From NCBI GenBank assembly GCA_050303335.1, contig JBNLBN010000004.1:1-51534 (forward strand): 51,534 nt of DNA. Reading direction: 5' to 3'. The notes beneath the pieces were generated by a model, which saw only the letters and a list, made by a program, of their open reading frames with translations, was not told where the DNA came from and did no database searches. This DNA is from Candidatus Micrarchaeia archaeon. Lineage in GTDB: Archaea > Micrarchaeota > Micrarchaeia > Anstonellales > Bilamarchaeaceae. Below are positions 28,011 to 37,280 of this stretch, in pieces. Each line of letters starts with the position of its first letter. Position 1 is the stretch's first letter. A program made the translations under genes and the position numbers.

Positions 28011-29576
28011 GGCAGTCCTGATAAATTCAACGAAAATGGGTGCCGGCTCTTCAAGCCTGCTCTTCAATTCGATGTGCGCCTGGGTCGCAATCCCGAAGCC
28101 ATCCTTCCATTCTGCTATCTCCACGATGTTTTTCGGGTGCCTTCCGGATATCACGAGCCCGCCTTTTTCAAGCTGGTCGACATATTCCGGGTTCACTTCA
28201 AGCCGGTGCCTGTGCCTTTCAGAGACCTTGTCCTTTTTGTATGCCCTGTATGCAATAGTTCCTTCCTTGATCAGGCAGTCATAGGCGCCAAGCCTCATGG
28301 TTCCCCCGAGTTCGGAAATCTGCTGCTGCTCTGGCAGGAGGTCTATTACAGGGTGTTCTGCTTTCTCATCGAATTCAACGGAATTGGCATTCAGTCCCAG
28401 GACGTTCCTTGCGTATTCAACTACCATCAGTTGCACGCCCAGGCAGAGGCCTACATATGGCACCTTGTTCTCCCTTGCATACTGGATAGCCTTTATCTTG
28501 CCTTCAATTCCACGTGATCCGAAACCTCCCGGAACGACGATCCCGTCGAATTCCTTCAGTTTTTCTATCCCCTTCTTCTCAAGTTCCTCGCCTTCGACCC
28601 ATCCGATCTCGCATGCACAGTTGTTTGCAGCAGCTGCATGCACGATCGCTTCCTTAACGGATACATAAGCATCTTTTACCGCCGTGTATTTTCCGACTAT
28701 CGCAATCTTAACTTTCCTCTTTCCAGGTTTCACGATCTTTTCAACCCTGCTTTTCCACTCATCAAGGTCCGCTTTCTTGTTGTCAAGGCTCAGCTTTTTT
28801 GCGATCTGTGAATAGAGCTTCTGTTCCTCGAGTACGAGCGGCAGCTCATAAACAGTATGCAGCATTGGATCATCAAATACCGCATCCTCCGGAACGTTGC
28901 AGTAGGCGCTTATCTTTTTCTTTGATTCAGCAGAGAGCTTTTCCTGTTCCCTGCAGATTATGATATCCGGCTGGATACCGAGCGACTGGAGGAGCCTTGT
29001 CGCATGCTGGGTGGGTTTTGTCTTCTGCTCTCCAGGCGACAGGCTTGGCACATAAGTGAGCTGGACAAAAACCATGTTGTCATGCTCGTAGTTCATCTGT
29101 CTCATTGCCTCGACGAAATACCCGTTTTCCAGGTCCCCGATGGTGCCTCCGATCTCGATAAGAACTATGTCCGCGTCCTTTGCAACCTCGTACACTCTTC
29201 TCTTGATCTCATCGGTAAGATGCGGTACAATCTGGACGTCACGCCCAAGGTAGTCTCCGTTCCTCTCTTTTTCAATGATCTCCCTGAAAAGCTTTCCGCC
29301 GGTAATCGAGCAGATTCCCGGAAGCGACTTGTTGAGGAACCTTTCATAGGTCCCGAAGTCCATGTCCACCTCGGTTCCGTCATCGAGGACGAATACCTCG
29401 CCGTGCCTGAAAGGATTCATGGTTCCGCAATCAACATTGAGGTATCCGTCGAATTTGATCGGCTGGACCTTGTAACCCCTCGCCTGGAGGAGTTTTGCGA
29501 TAGAAGAAGCGACAATTCCCTTGCCAAGGCCCGACATTATGGACCCGGCAATCACAATGAACTTTTTGTTTAGCAT
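27999..29576 (-). CDS. pyrG: CTP synthase
   Basis: SGLGKG, GTMNP.RHGEV, KTKPTQH, PGGFG, GLCLG, ERHRHR; start 29576 or 29585. Confidence 0.97.
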   Translation of the reverse strand: MLNKKFIVIAGSIMSGLGKGIVASSIAKLLQARGYKVQPIKFDGYLNVDCGTMNPFRHGEVFVLDDGTEVDMDFGTYERFLNKSLPGICSITGGKLFREIIEKERNGDYLGRDVQIVPHLTDEIKRRVYEVAKDADIVLIEIGGTIGDLENGYFVEAMRQMNYEHDNMVFVQLTYVPSLSPGEQKTKPTQHATRLLQSLGIQPDIIICREQEKLSAESKKKISAYCNVPEDAVFDDPMLHTVYELPLVLEEQKLYSQIAKKLSLDNKKADLDEWKSRVEKIVKPGKRKVKIAIVGKYTAVKDAYVSVKEAIVHAAAANNCACEIGWVEGEELEKKGIEKLKEFDGIVVPGGFGSRGIEGKIKAIQYARENKVPYVGLCLGVQLMVVEYARNVLGLNANSVEFDEKAEHPVIDLLPEQQQISELGGTMRLGAYDCLIKEGTIAYRAYKKDKVSERHRHRLEVNPEYVDQLEKGGLVISGRHPKNIVEIAEWKDGFGIATQAHIELKSRLEEPAPIFVEFIRTALEK

Positions 29577-29585
29577 AGGATACAT

Positions 29586-29927
29586 ATGTCTGAAACTGTT
29601 TTAATGCTTTATCCCCACGTTATGATCATGAATGCCAGGCATCTTGCGATCTTTGTTTTTTCGATTTCCTTCATGCTTTCAGTTTTTGCATTTCTTCTTG
29701 CCGAAAACATTATCGATTTTATTTACTGGTCTTTCGATTTTGACAAGACCATCTCCAATTGCCAGGTTTCACCAGAGTATATACTGAATGATTTTGACGG
29801 GGATGATGGCCTAGGCAATTCAATGGTTTTCTACGTTGATTATTTCGAGATATGCAGTTCAATTAAGTCGTATTCATTTTTACTCGCAATAGTCGCATTG
29901 TCATTTACCCTGAAACTCGCGTTGTAG
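29586..29927 (+). CDS. Hypothetical membrane protein (2 TM, Cys-flanked loop)
   Basis: Two hydrophobic segments; true start probably 29622/29628. Confidence 0.55.
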   Translation: MSETVLMLYPHVMIMNARHLAIFVFSISFMLSVFAFLLAENIIDFIYWSFDFDKTISNCQVSPEYILNDFDGDDGLGNSMVFYVDYFEICSSIKSYSFLLAIVALSFTLKLAL

Positions 29928-29963
29928 GTACATAATTTATTCTTTCCTTTATGTAATATTTTA

Positions 29964-30323
29964 ATGGACAAAAATCATCTGAAAGTCAGCCTTATCCTTG
30001 CATGGGCAATGGCAATATTCGCCTTTATTTCAGGATCGATTTTCCTTTCCATCCAGAACCTTGCCAGCGCAGACTTCGCAATCCACTGTTCCTTTATTCC
30101 GCTATCGGTTTCCTGCAGCAATGCAAACGGCATCCTTTTCTCATTCGACATTTTGATAGCAGCGATTGCGGTTGGAGCCGGATTGGTAAACATTGTGGTA
30201 TCCCAGAAGCATCTGAAGCAGTCAGAAATGAAAAGGGCCGAAAAGAAGAAATGGTTCTATATACTTTCAATCCTCGGAATTATCGGGACGGCGGCATATT
30301 ACCTGACCCACGATCATGATTAA
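29964..30323 (+). CDS. Hypothetical membrane protein (3 TM)
   Basis: Three hydrophobic segments, Cys pair in the first loop. Confidence 0.65.
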   Translation: MDKNHLKVSLILAWAMAIFAFISGSIFLSIQNLASADFAIHCSFIPLSVSCSNANGILFSFDILIAAIAVGAGLVNIVVSQKHLKQSEMKRAEKKKWFYILSILGIIGTAAYYLTHDHD

Positions 30324-30347
30324 TAAAGTTCTGATGAAGGAATATCC

Positions 30348-32000
30348 ATGAACAAATTCTTGATTTTTTCCATGCTTTTTCTCCTTGGATGCACCACTAC
30401 ACAGACAGCAGAACTCCCGAGGGATCTTGAAATTCGTATAAATTCCGGCGAGGACGCAACCCAGTCCCCAGTCATCGGGCTCCTGCTTTTTGCACGCTAT
30501 GCAGATGAATGCAGGTACGCCGTGGATGGTTCATGGGGCCCTTGGGAAAGCTATTCAGAGAACAAGACGCTTGATGTCGGAAGCGCCGATGGCATGAAAA
30601 ACATCATGTACCAGTGCAGGAACGAGAAAGGGGAATCCCTGATCGTGTCCTCTTCCATAATCCTGGATTCAAGCCCACCGAATATAATTCTTGACGCACC
30701 CGTAGATGGGGAAACATACAACAGTCCCCTCCTCCTGGTCTTTTCCGTCGAAGACGGATCCAATACCGTAGAATGCAATGCAACAGTGGGGGGCTCATCC
30801 CTGGAACTCGGAGCACTAACCGCAGGCAGGCTGCAGAATATATCCATATCCCTTGCCCCTGGTGATCACCACCTTTCTATTGAGTGCAGAGACAGAGTCC
30901 AGTCCTCCATTGAGGGCGTCTCTTTCACCATAGTCAATAAGCCGGCACTGAAATTAGTGATAAACAACGGATCCGGATACACCCAGAACTCCTCTGTAGC
31001 CCTTGATGTCATTTCGGACGGCAGCGAATGCAGCTTTTCAAACGACAATCTACATTTTTCCGAATGGCTTTCCTATTCGAGTCAGTATGCCTGGCAGCTT
31101 AGGGCAGGCGACGGGGTAAGGAACGTTTATGCCAGGTGCAGGAACGAAGCCGGAACCATATCGACAATAGAGAGGGATTCTATTATAGTAGATTCCAAGC
31201 CTCCTCCCTATATCTCTGTCTCGATCAACAATGGTGCTTCTTGGACAGACAGTCGCAGCGTTGATCTTGGGCTTTATTCTTATTCTGCAAGCGAGTGCAG
31301 ATTTTCAAACGGGGGAGACTGGACGTCCTATGAACCCTATGTAAGCAAAAAGCAATGGATGCTTTCAGAAGGAGAGGGAGAAAAAACAGTCTATTACAAC
31401 TGCCGCAACAAAAACGGAACCGATATAGGCATTGCCAGCTCTGGCATTGTCTTTTCCAATGTCCCAGATGTAGTGCCGACAGGGTTAAAAATATCCATAA
31501 ACGGCGGTGACAGCTACACCAACTCCGCTGCAATTGTTCTTGATCTTTCTGCAACAGGGGCATACGAATGCAGGTTCAGGGAAAACCAGCTTAACTGGTC
31601 TGCATGGGAAAACTACTCCAAATCCAAAATGCTCTCTCTCCAAGGTTCTGACGGAGCAAAGACTGTGTATCTGCAGTGCAGGAACGACCACGGTGCAAGC
31701 ACTGTCTTCGATAGGATATATCTGGACAGGGTTGCGCCTTCAAAGATTTCCAACCTAAAATCATCATCCAATGACTATGCGACAGTTCTCTCCTGGTCTG
31801 CTTCCACGGACCAGGGCAGCGGCATACAGCACTATTTCATATTCAGAAGGGAGAGCGGCCTGCCATGGACCTGGGTCGGTTCGACAAGCAGCCTCGGTTT
31901 CAAGGATGAGAAGATCCTACCGAGTACAGAATACGAATACCGTGTAGTAGCAATCGATTATTCCGGAAACGAAGGAGAGCCGTCTATCGTAAAGAGCTAG
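30348..32000 (+). CDS. Surface lipoprotein with four Cys-containing beta-sandwich repeats, an Ig-like domain and C-terminal FN3
   Basis: Lipobox LLGC; repeated IxINxG..T.S...ECRF...W...Y...G.K.VY..CRN modules; LSWSAS...YEYRVVAID FN3 pattern. Confidence 0.85.
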   Translation: MNKFLIFSMLFLLGCTTTQTAELPRDLEIRINSGEDATQSPVIGLLLFARYADECRYAVDGSWGPWESYSENKTLDVGSADGMKNIMYQCRNEKGESLIVSSSIILDSSPPNIILDAPVDGETYNSPLLLVFSVEDGSNTVECNATVGGSSLELGALTAGRLQNISISLAPGDHHLSIECRDRVQSSIEGVSFTIVNKPALKLVINNGSGYTQNSSVALDVISDGSECSFSNDNLHFSEWLSYSSQYAWQLRAGDGVRNVYARCRNEAGTISTIERDSIIVDSKPPPYISVSINNGASWTDSRSVDLGLYSYSASECRFSNGGDWTSYEPYVSKKQWMLSEGEGEKTVYYNCRNKNGTDIGIASSGIVFSNVPDVVPTGLKISINGGDSYTNSAAIVLDLSATGAYECRFRENQLNWSAWENYSKSKMLSLQGSDGAKTVYLQCRNDHGASTVFDRIYLDRVAPSKISNLKSSSNDYATVLSWSASTDQGSGIQHYFIFRRESGLPWTWVGSTSSLGFKDEKILPSTEYEYRVVAIDYSGNEGEPSIVKS

Positions 32001-32704
32001 AGCCGGTTAAGTGCGTCCTTGATCTCCTCGATCGATGCCTTGGTAACTATCATCGGAATCCTTTCCCTGTCGCTGATCTTTATTGCAAGCCTGTCTACCT
32101 TGTCAGGCTCGATGTTGTGGAGTACGATTGCAGAAGGCTTCGACGGGCTGACCCTTACGACCACGAAGGGGCTCCTTCCGGTGCTGATGCCGGTAAATAG
32201 GAACACCCTCTGGTTCACATTGCCATAAAGGTTCTGGAAATATGAAAACGGCATGTCGAGTATAACCTTTATCGAATCGATCAGGGTGTACCCGTAGATC
32301 TTCTTGGATTCCACAAGGTCATGGTTTGTGAGCACCTTGCCGTTTATGAGCTGGACGAAATCTTTCAGCGAAATGGATCGTGCGAATTCATGGACTTCGA
32401 AATACTCGCTCACCGGCTTTTCCTTCTCCCTGAATTTCGAGGTTATATGCCCCCCTTTCATCTTGTCAATCTCAAAAAGTGCATTGACGAACCTTTTTAC
32501 TACCGAAGTTCCCGGAGACTTCCTCCTGTTCCCCTCGTAATCGCTAATGGTTGATACTGTGATATTCAGGAACTTTGCAAGTTCGACCTGTGAAATGTTG
32601 AATATCTCCCTCCATTTCCGCATGGTCGCCCCCGGATCCTCTGACAGGGATATCTCTCCGGCGATTTCCATCTTGATTTTTTCCACGATCGAACTTATCG
32701 CCAA
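31997..32704 (-). CDS. Archaeal XRE-HTH transcriptional regulator (COG1709-like)
   Basis: EIAGEI.LS.DPG, RKWRE.F.ISQ.ELA, ISDYE..RRKSPG, STGRSP. Confidence 0.88.
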   Translation of the reverse strand: MAISSIVEKIKMEIAGEISLSEDPGATMRKWREIFNISQVELAKFLNITVSTISDYEGNRRKSPGTSVVKRFVNALFEIDKMKGGHITSKFREKEKPVSEYFEVHEFARSISLKDFVQLINGKVLTNHDLVESKKIYGYTLIDSIKVILDMPFSYFQNLYGNVNQRVFLFTGISTGRSPFVVVRVSPSKPSAIVLHNIEPDKVDRLAIKISDRERIPMIVTKASIEEIKDALNRL

Positions 32705-32764
32705 ATGTTTAAATGGATTCCGACTATCGCCAAGTTTTAAAAATATTCTAGCCCTATTTTTTTC

Positions 32765-33232
32765 GTGTCATTCCTAACAGAATTTTACAATATCATAGAC
32801 ATCGGACTATTCGACCTGGCCTCACTGGTACTGATAGTCGGATACCTGATCTACGAGATTCCGCGGTCAATCAAGGTCATGGACGAGGAATACACTAAGG
32901 GATTCTATCCTGAAACAGGAAGGGTCCTTGATATTGCCCTTTTCATAGTGGGAATCCTCACTATCCTTTTCTACAAAATGAATGCAATAAAGATAATTGC
33001 ATTCGTCAAGAACTCCGGCCTCATCGCCTTCTTCCTGATACTTCTCGTTGTGATCCCGCTTCTTATAATGGTGGGCTATCTCAAGAGGTTCTTTGCAAGG
33101 TTCGATTCGAACAAGTCAGTAACCCTTTTCCTTACCCATTCGTTCCTTGACCTTATGCACACGCTCTTTTATCTCGGTTTTGCAGTGCTCCTAATTCCGG
33201 AGATCGGATTCGTAATTTTTGGAAACCCCTGA
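32765..33232 (+). CDS. Hypothetical membrane protein (4 TM)
   Basis: Four hydrophobic helices, fills intergenic space. Confidence 0.7.
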   Translation: MSFLTEFYNIIDIGLFDLASLVLIVGYLIYEIPRSIKVMDEEYTKGFYPETGRVLDIALFIVGILTILFYKMNAIKIIAFVKNSGLIAFFLILLVVIPLLIMVGYLKRFFARFDSNKSVTLFLTHSFLDLMHTLFYLGFAVLLIPEIGFVIFGNP

Positions 33233-33274
33233 TTTTATAAAATTTTTCTTCTGAATCTTTTTAGGTGATCAAAT

Positions 33275-33508
33275 ATGGCTTCCAGAAAGAGAAGTAGTAC
33301 TAAATCAAAGAAAGCTCCTACAAAGAAAGTTTCAAAAAAAGCGCCAAGCGATTTGCATGTTCCGGGATTCCTCATGATTGCATTCGGCCTTTTGGGTCTT
33401 GCAGTGAATTTCGACCTGATCGAAAGCATGGCATGGGCAAAGGCCTATCCGCTGCTTGCAGTCTTGTTCGGATTCGCGTTCCTTGCAAAAGTCATTATTG
33501 ACGAATAG
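33275..33508 (+). CDS. Small membrane protein with basic N-terminal tail
   Basis: K/S-rich N-terminus plus two TM helices; AGGTGA SD upstream. Confidence 0.7.
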   Translation: MASRKRSSTKSKKAPTKKVSKKAPSDLHVPGFLMIAFGLLGLAVNFDLIESMAWAKAYPLLAVLFGFAFLAKVIIDE

Positions 33509-33524
33509 CCTATTCAAGCATAGG

Positions 33525-34262
33525 TTATTTTTTTAGATAACCTACTGCATTCTTGAATATACGAAGTCCCATTGCCTCAGTGACGTTCCCGCGCACCCAG
33601 TAGGGGCAGTTTTCCTTTATGTTGAAGGCTTCCGGATGCGGCATCATCCCGAATATCCTCCCGGTCTTGTCGCAGATGCCTGCTATGTTGTCTTTTGATC
33701 CGTTCGGATTGTAGGGATATCCTGCCATGTGGCCGCCAGGATCCGTATACTGGAATACGACCTGGCTGCTGTCAATTTCCCCAACGAATTTTCCCTCCCC
33801 GTGCCTTACAGGTGCAAGAAGGTATTCAATATCCTTCGTAAAGATGCATGGGGATTCCCTGTTGTTTTTCAGGATCACCCACCTGTCCTCGAATTTTCCC
33901 GAATCGTTTCCTATAAGGGACACCCTCTGCTTGAAATCCGGAATTGGAAGCAGTCCGAGCTTCACCATAACCTGGAAACCATTGCATATGCCAAGTACCA
34001 GGTTTCCCTCTTCCACAAAATTCTGAAGGGGCTCCTTCAGCCTGTACTTTATCTTGTTTGCAAATACCCTTCCCGATCCAAGATCGTCTCCGAAAGAGAA
34101 TCCCCCCGGGAAAAAAAGCATATTGTAATTCTTCAGGACCTCAGGTCTCTCAAGCACCCTGTTTAGGTGCATAATGTCGGCATGGCCCCCGCTCTTCTCG
34201 ATTGCGTATTTGCTCTCATTTTCACAGTTCACTCCGAAACCAGTAAGTACAAGGGCTTTCAT
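33525..34262 (-). CDS. purQ: Phosphoribosylformylglycinamidine synthase subunit I
   Basis: GVNCE, PGGFSFGD, LGICNGFQ, HGEG, NPNGS, GMMPHPE; start 34262 or 34271. Confidence 0.96.
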   Translation of the reverse strand: MKALVLTGFGVNCENESKYAIEKSGGHADIMHLNRVLERPEVLKNYNMLFFPGGFSFGDDLGSGRVFANKIKYRLKEPLQNFVEEGNLVLGICNGFQVMVKLGLLPIPDFKQRVSLIGNDSGKFEDRWVILKNNRESPCIFTKDIEYLLAPVRHGEGKFVGEIDSSQVVFQYTDPGGHMAGYPYNPNGSKDNIAGICDKTGRIFGMMPHPEAFNIKENCPYWVRGNVTEAMGLRIFKNAVGYLKK

Positions 34263-34292
34263 AAAACTCATTTTACTCCCAATCTTTAAAAT

Positions 34293-34667
34293 TCATACTT
34301 TCCGCAGGCCCCTTATCCCCTCGAATTTCCATGGGGATTTGGAAAAAACAAATGCCTCGTTTGCAAGGCAGACAGAAGCAAGAAGTATGCTGTCAGTAGT
34401 CTTTGGCATCTCCCCCCTGTTTTTCAGGTCCCTGTTGATCTTGTTGGCGATCATCGCAGATTTCTTGTCAAAAGGAAGGATTGTGATGCTGTTCGAAAAA
34501 TGCGCCACCACCTCCTGCTTTTTTATGGTCTCAAGTAGCTGCATAAGGGTCATGCTTGTTATGCATATCTCCTCCGTATCAGAATAATACCTGAGCTTTT
34601 CTATCGTTGCCGGATCCCCCCGGAGGAAATCTATTGCCGTATCAAAGTCCAGACAAATCTTTTCCAT
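34293..34667 (-). CDS. VapC-like PIN domain protein (degenerate active site)
   Basis: ICLDFD..IDFLRG, ITSMTLMQL, ILPFD, TDSILLA, FEGIRGL. Confidence 0.85.
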   Translation of the reverse strand: MEKICLDFDTAIDFLRGDPATIEKLRYYSDTEEICITSMTLMQLLETIKKQEVVAHFSNSITILPFDKKSAMIANKINRDLKNRGEMPKTTDSILLASVCLANEAFVFSKSPWKFEGIRGLRKV

Positions 34668-34815
34668 TCAAAACCTACTCCTGCTCCTCTTACGTTGGTT
34701 TTGGATCCAACCTGAGTCAAAACCTGCTTCTGTATTCCCAGGTCGGTTTTGGATCCAACCTGAGGAAAAACCTACATATGCTTTTCCATTGTCGGTTTTT
34801 CAATTCCAACATGAG
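34668..34815. repeat. Three-unit, ~49-bp-period palindromic repeat/spacer array (CRISPR-like mini-array)
   Basis: Full repeats GTTGGTTTTGGATCCAACCTGAGTCAAAACCT (34694-34725) and GTCGGTTTTGGATCCAACCTGAGGAAAAACCT (34742-34773); partial copies 34668-34676 and 34791-34815; unique spacers of 17, 16 and 17 nt. Confidence 0.85.
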
Positions 34816-34816
34816 G

Positions 34817-35041
34817 TTATTTGTTCTCGAGCCAGTCATACTCCCCGCGCCTTATCCTTGTTGCAGCTCTCCTGTACATGTCTCCTTCCTCGATTGATCC
34901 TGCAAATGATATGATGCTGCTTTCGCTCTTCTTTTCTTTCAATAAGAAGCGGAGAATCTGGCTGAAGCTCATGTTCTTGGAACTCTTGAGTTCCCGCAGC
35001 TCATCATAGACATCGTCCATAATTGTTATGACCTTTACCAC
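34817..35041 (-). CDS. VapB-family antitoxin (archaeal type)
   Basis: VKVITIMDDVYDELRELK...SFSQILRFLL...FAGSI; GTG start at 35041 preferred over the ATG at 35086. Confidence 0.85.
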   Translation of the reverse strand: MVKVITIMDDVYDELRELKSSKNMSFSQILRFLLKEKKSESSIISFAGSIEEGDMYRRAATRIRRGEYDWLENK

Positions 35042-35240
35042 ATTATCCCTTGAACCTGCTTTGATAAATGCATGCACTAAATACATTTATATAGATTACG
35101 TCGGAATTTTTGACTTTGTCGGTTTCAAAAGATTATTGTGATTTTGGCATCCACCTCATAAAAAGGAACTTACTTAAAGCGCGAAACAGCTTATTCGATA
35201 CCCCCATCCACATTGGGAAAAGGCGACAAAAGGTGAAACT

Positions 35241-36326
35241 ATGGAAGATTTGGTAAGATCCGTTATGGGCGAAGCGGCTCCAGAAGAAGGACCAGCAAAG
35301 GAATCAATGAGTTCTGAGACAATTAAAATTGTAACTGTAGGTGTCGGTGGTGCAGGAAACAACACCATTAACAGGCTGATCAAGTCAGGCGTTAAGGGAA
35401 GTGACCTAGTAGCAATCAACACAGACAAGCAGCACTTGAACATCGTGCATGAGCGTGCACAGAAGATCCTGATCGGTAAATCCGTCACAAAGGGTCTTGG
35501 TGCAGGTGGTTATCCTGATATCGGTGCAAAATCCGCTGAGGTAGACCGGCCACTTGTAGAAAAGTCACTTGAAGGTGCACAGCTCGTATTCATATGCGCT
35601 GGTATGGGTGGTGGAACCGGTGGTGGAGCAGCACCAATCGTTGCACAGATCGCAAAGGAGCAGGGTGCAATCGTAGTTGCGATGGTTACCTATCCATTCG
35701 CGTTGGAAAGAGCCAGAAAGAAAAAAGCAGAAGAAGGTATCAAGTTGCTCAAGAGATCCTGCGACTCAGTAATCATTCTTGACAACAACAGGCTTGTAAA
35801 ATTGGTGCCGAACCTCCCTATGGCAGAGGCATTCGCTGTTGCAGATGAAATCCTTGCAAGGGCAATCTCAGGTCTTGTCTGGACAATCACACAACCCTCA
35901 CTCATCAACATCGACTTTGCAGATGTAAGGGCGATCATGGAAGGCGGAGGAGTCGGTTTCATCGCAGTAGGCGAAGGCAAAGGAAACGACAAGGTCACAG
36001 GTGCTGCACAGGGCGTAATCAAGAACAGGCTTCTTGATGTCGACTTCGAAGGCGCAAAAGGTGCAATCATCCACATATCAGGTGGTTCCGACCTTACGCT
36101 TGGAGATGCAATCAAGGCCGGTGAGATCATCACCGAAAAGATGGACCATGAGGCAAACGTCAAATGGGGTGCAAGAATCATGCAGAACTACGAGGGCAAG
36201 CTTGAAATAGTTGCAATCGTAACAGGCGTGAAGGGCGCATCAGTTGCAGGTTCATCAATGGTTGAAGAGGAAGACACCTCGTCAATGATGCCTGAATATT
36301 CAAGAGACCTGGAGATTCTGGGTTAA
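35241..36326 (+). CDS. ftsZ: Cell division protein FtsZ
   Basis: [32 protein letters not shown]; AGGTGA SD. Confidence 0.98.
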   Translation: MEDLVRSVMGEAAPEEGPAKESMSSETIKIVTVGVGGAGNNTINRLIKSGVKGSDLVAINTDKQHLNIVHERAQKILIGKSVTKGLGAGGYPDIGAKSAEVDRPLVEKSLEGAQLVFICAGMGGGTGGGAAPIVAQIAKEQGAIVVAMVTYPFALERARKKKAEEGIKLLKRSCDSVIILDNNRLVKLVPNLPMAEAFAVADEILARAISGLVWTITQPSLINIDFADVRAIMEGGGVGFIAVGEGKGNDKVTGAAQGVIKNRLLDVDFEGAKGAIIHISGGSDLTLGDAIKAGEIITEKMDHEANVKWGARIMQNYEGKLEIVAIVTGVKGASVAGSSMVEEEDTSSMMPEYSRDLEILG

Positions 36327-36333
36327 TTTTCTT

Positions 36334-37227
36334 TTATCTTTTTCCTTCTATTTTTAAATCGATTTTTCCCAATGCAATCTCCTTGTACCAGGAAAACTTT
36401 CCCCTTTGCGCTCTGAGATCGACCCCTGACTGGAACCTGCTTCTCATTACAAGTTCAAATACCGGGCTGGGAGACTGCTCGACCGCTAACGGCGGAGAAG
36501 GCGTAAACTGGATCACTTTTGCCAATCTTTCTTTCTCCACCACCCTTGGAGGCAGAGGCGTCAGATCAGGATCAAAATTCATAGCCAGGGGCGTTAGGGG
36601 AGTGGGGCCCATATCCATCCTTCTTGTCAGTTCAAACGGATCGGTGTTATCTCTGACTTCAAATTCCGGAGTCTTCTCAATCCCATCAAGCTCTGCAGGC
36701 CTGCTCCCGAATATCTGGATGACTTCTGCTTCCCTTATGTGTATCCCTTTCAGATGGTTCGCCCTAGAATCAATTATCTTTCGGGCCTCTTCCCTTGTTT
36801 CATCGGATGAAAGGGGGCTTGCCTTGAGCAGGATCACCTCATGCATGCATAGCTCGCTTGTCGGGTATCTCTTTGCATTTTGAATGGCGTTTCCTGCTGC
36901 AATGGGAAACAGTTCTACGACCGTCGATAAGAAATGCGATATGAATAAGTCCTCCTTGTTAAGTGCCAGCAATGAGCTGACCTCTCCCTTTTCTGCTGCC
37001 TTTCGGGCGAAAGTCATTATCTTCTTTTTTGCACTATCCCGCAATCTAAGGATTTCCGGATTCCCGTTCCTCGTTTCGATATCGCTTGCAAGCATAAATA
37101 CGTACAAACCTGCTTCGAAAGGCGATTTTTCGGACTGGTTTACTAGTTCTTTTATGGCATCAAGCCTTGCCCTCTCGTCAACTGAGGAACATGCAAGGAC
37201 AAAGAGCTCACTGGGAGTATTATTCAT
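36334..37227 (-). CDS. Hypothetical protein (helical N-terminus, Pro-rich C-terminus)
   Basis: 297-aa ORF convergent with ftsZ; HEAT-like start (DERARLDAIKEL). Confidence 0.6.
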   Translation of the reverse strand: MNNTPSELFVLACSSVDERARLDAIKELVNQSEKSPFEAGLYVFMLASDIETRNGNPEILRLRDSAKKKIMTFARKAAEKGEVSSLLALNKEDLFISHFLSTVVELFPIAAGNAIQNAKRYPTSELCMHEVILLKASPLSSDETREEARKIIDSRANHLKGIHIREAEVIQIFGSRPAELDGIEKTPEFEVRDNTDPFELTRRMDMGPTPLTPLAMNFDPDLTPLPPRVVEKERLAKVIQFTPSPPLAVEQSPSPVFELVMRSRFQSGVDLRAQRGKFSWYKEIALGKIDLKIEGKR

Positions 37228-37280
37228 GAAAGTGTTTCTCAGAATAGCTATTTATTCCTTATGGAATGCAATTATCTCCG

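Noticed and set aside
34668-34815. Calling the array a canonical CRISPR
   Set aside because: Only two full repeats, spacers of 16-17 nt, no leader or cas operon; reported as a CRISPR-like repeat instead
5283-34815. Functional link between the solo Cas2-like gene and the vapBC mini-array
   Set aside because: 29 kb apart with no shared sequence motif; nothing in the sequence supports it
34607-34897. + strand 96-aa ORF with repeated VGFGSNL
   Set aside because: Antisense to and overlapping both vapB and vapC; the peptide repeat simply reflects the 48-bp DNA period
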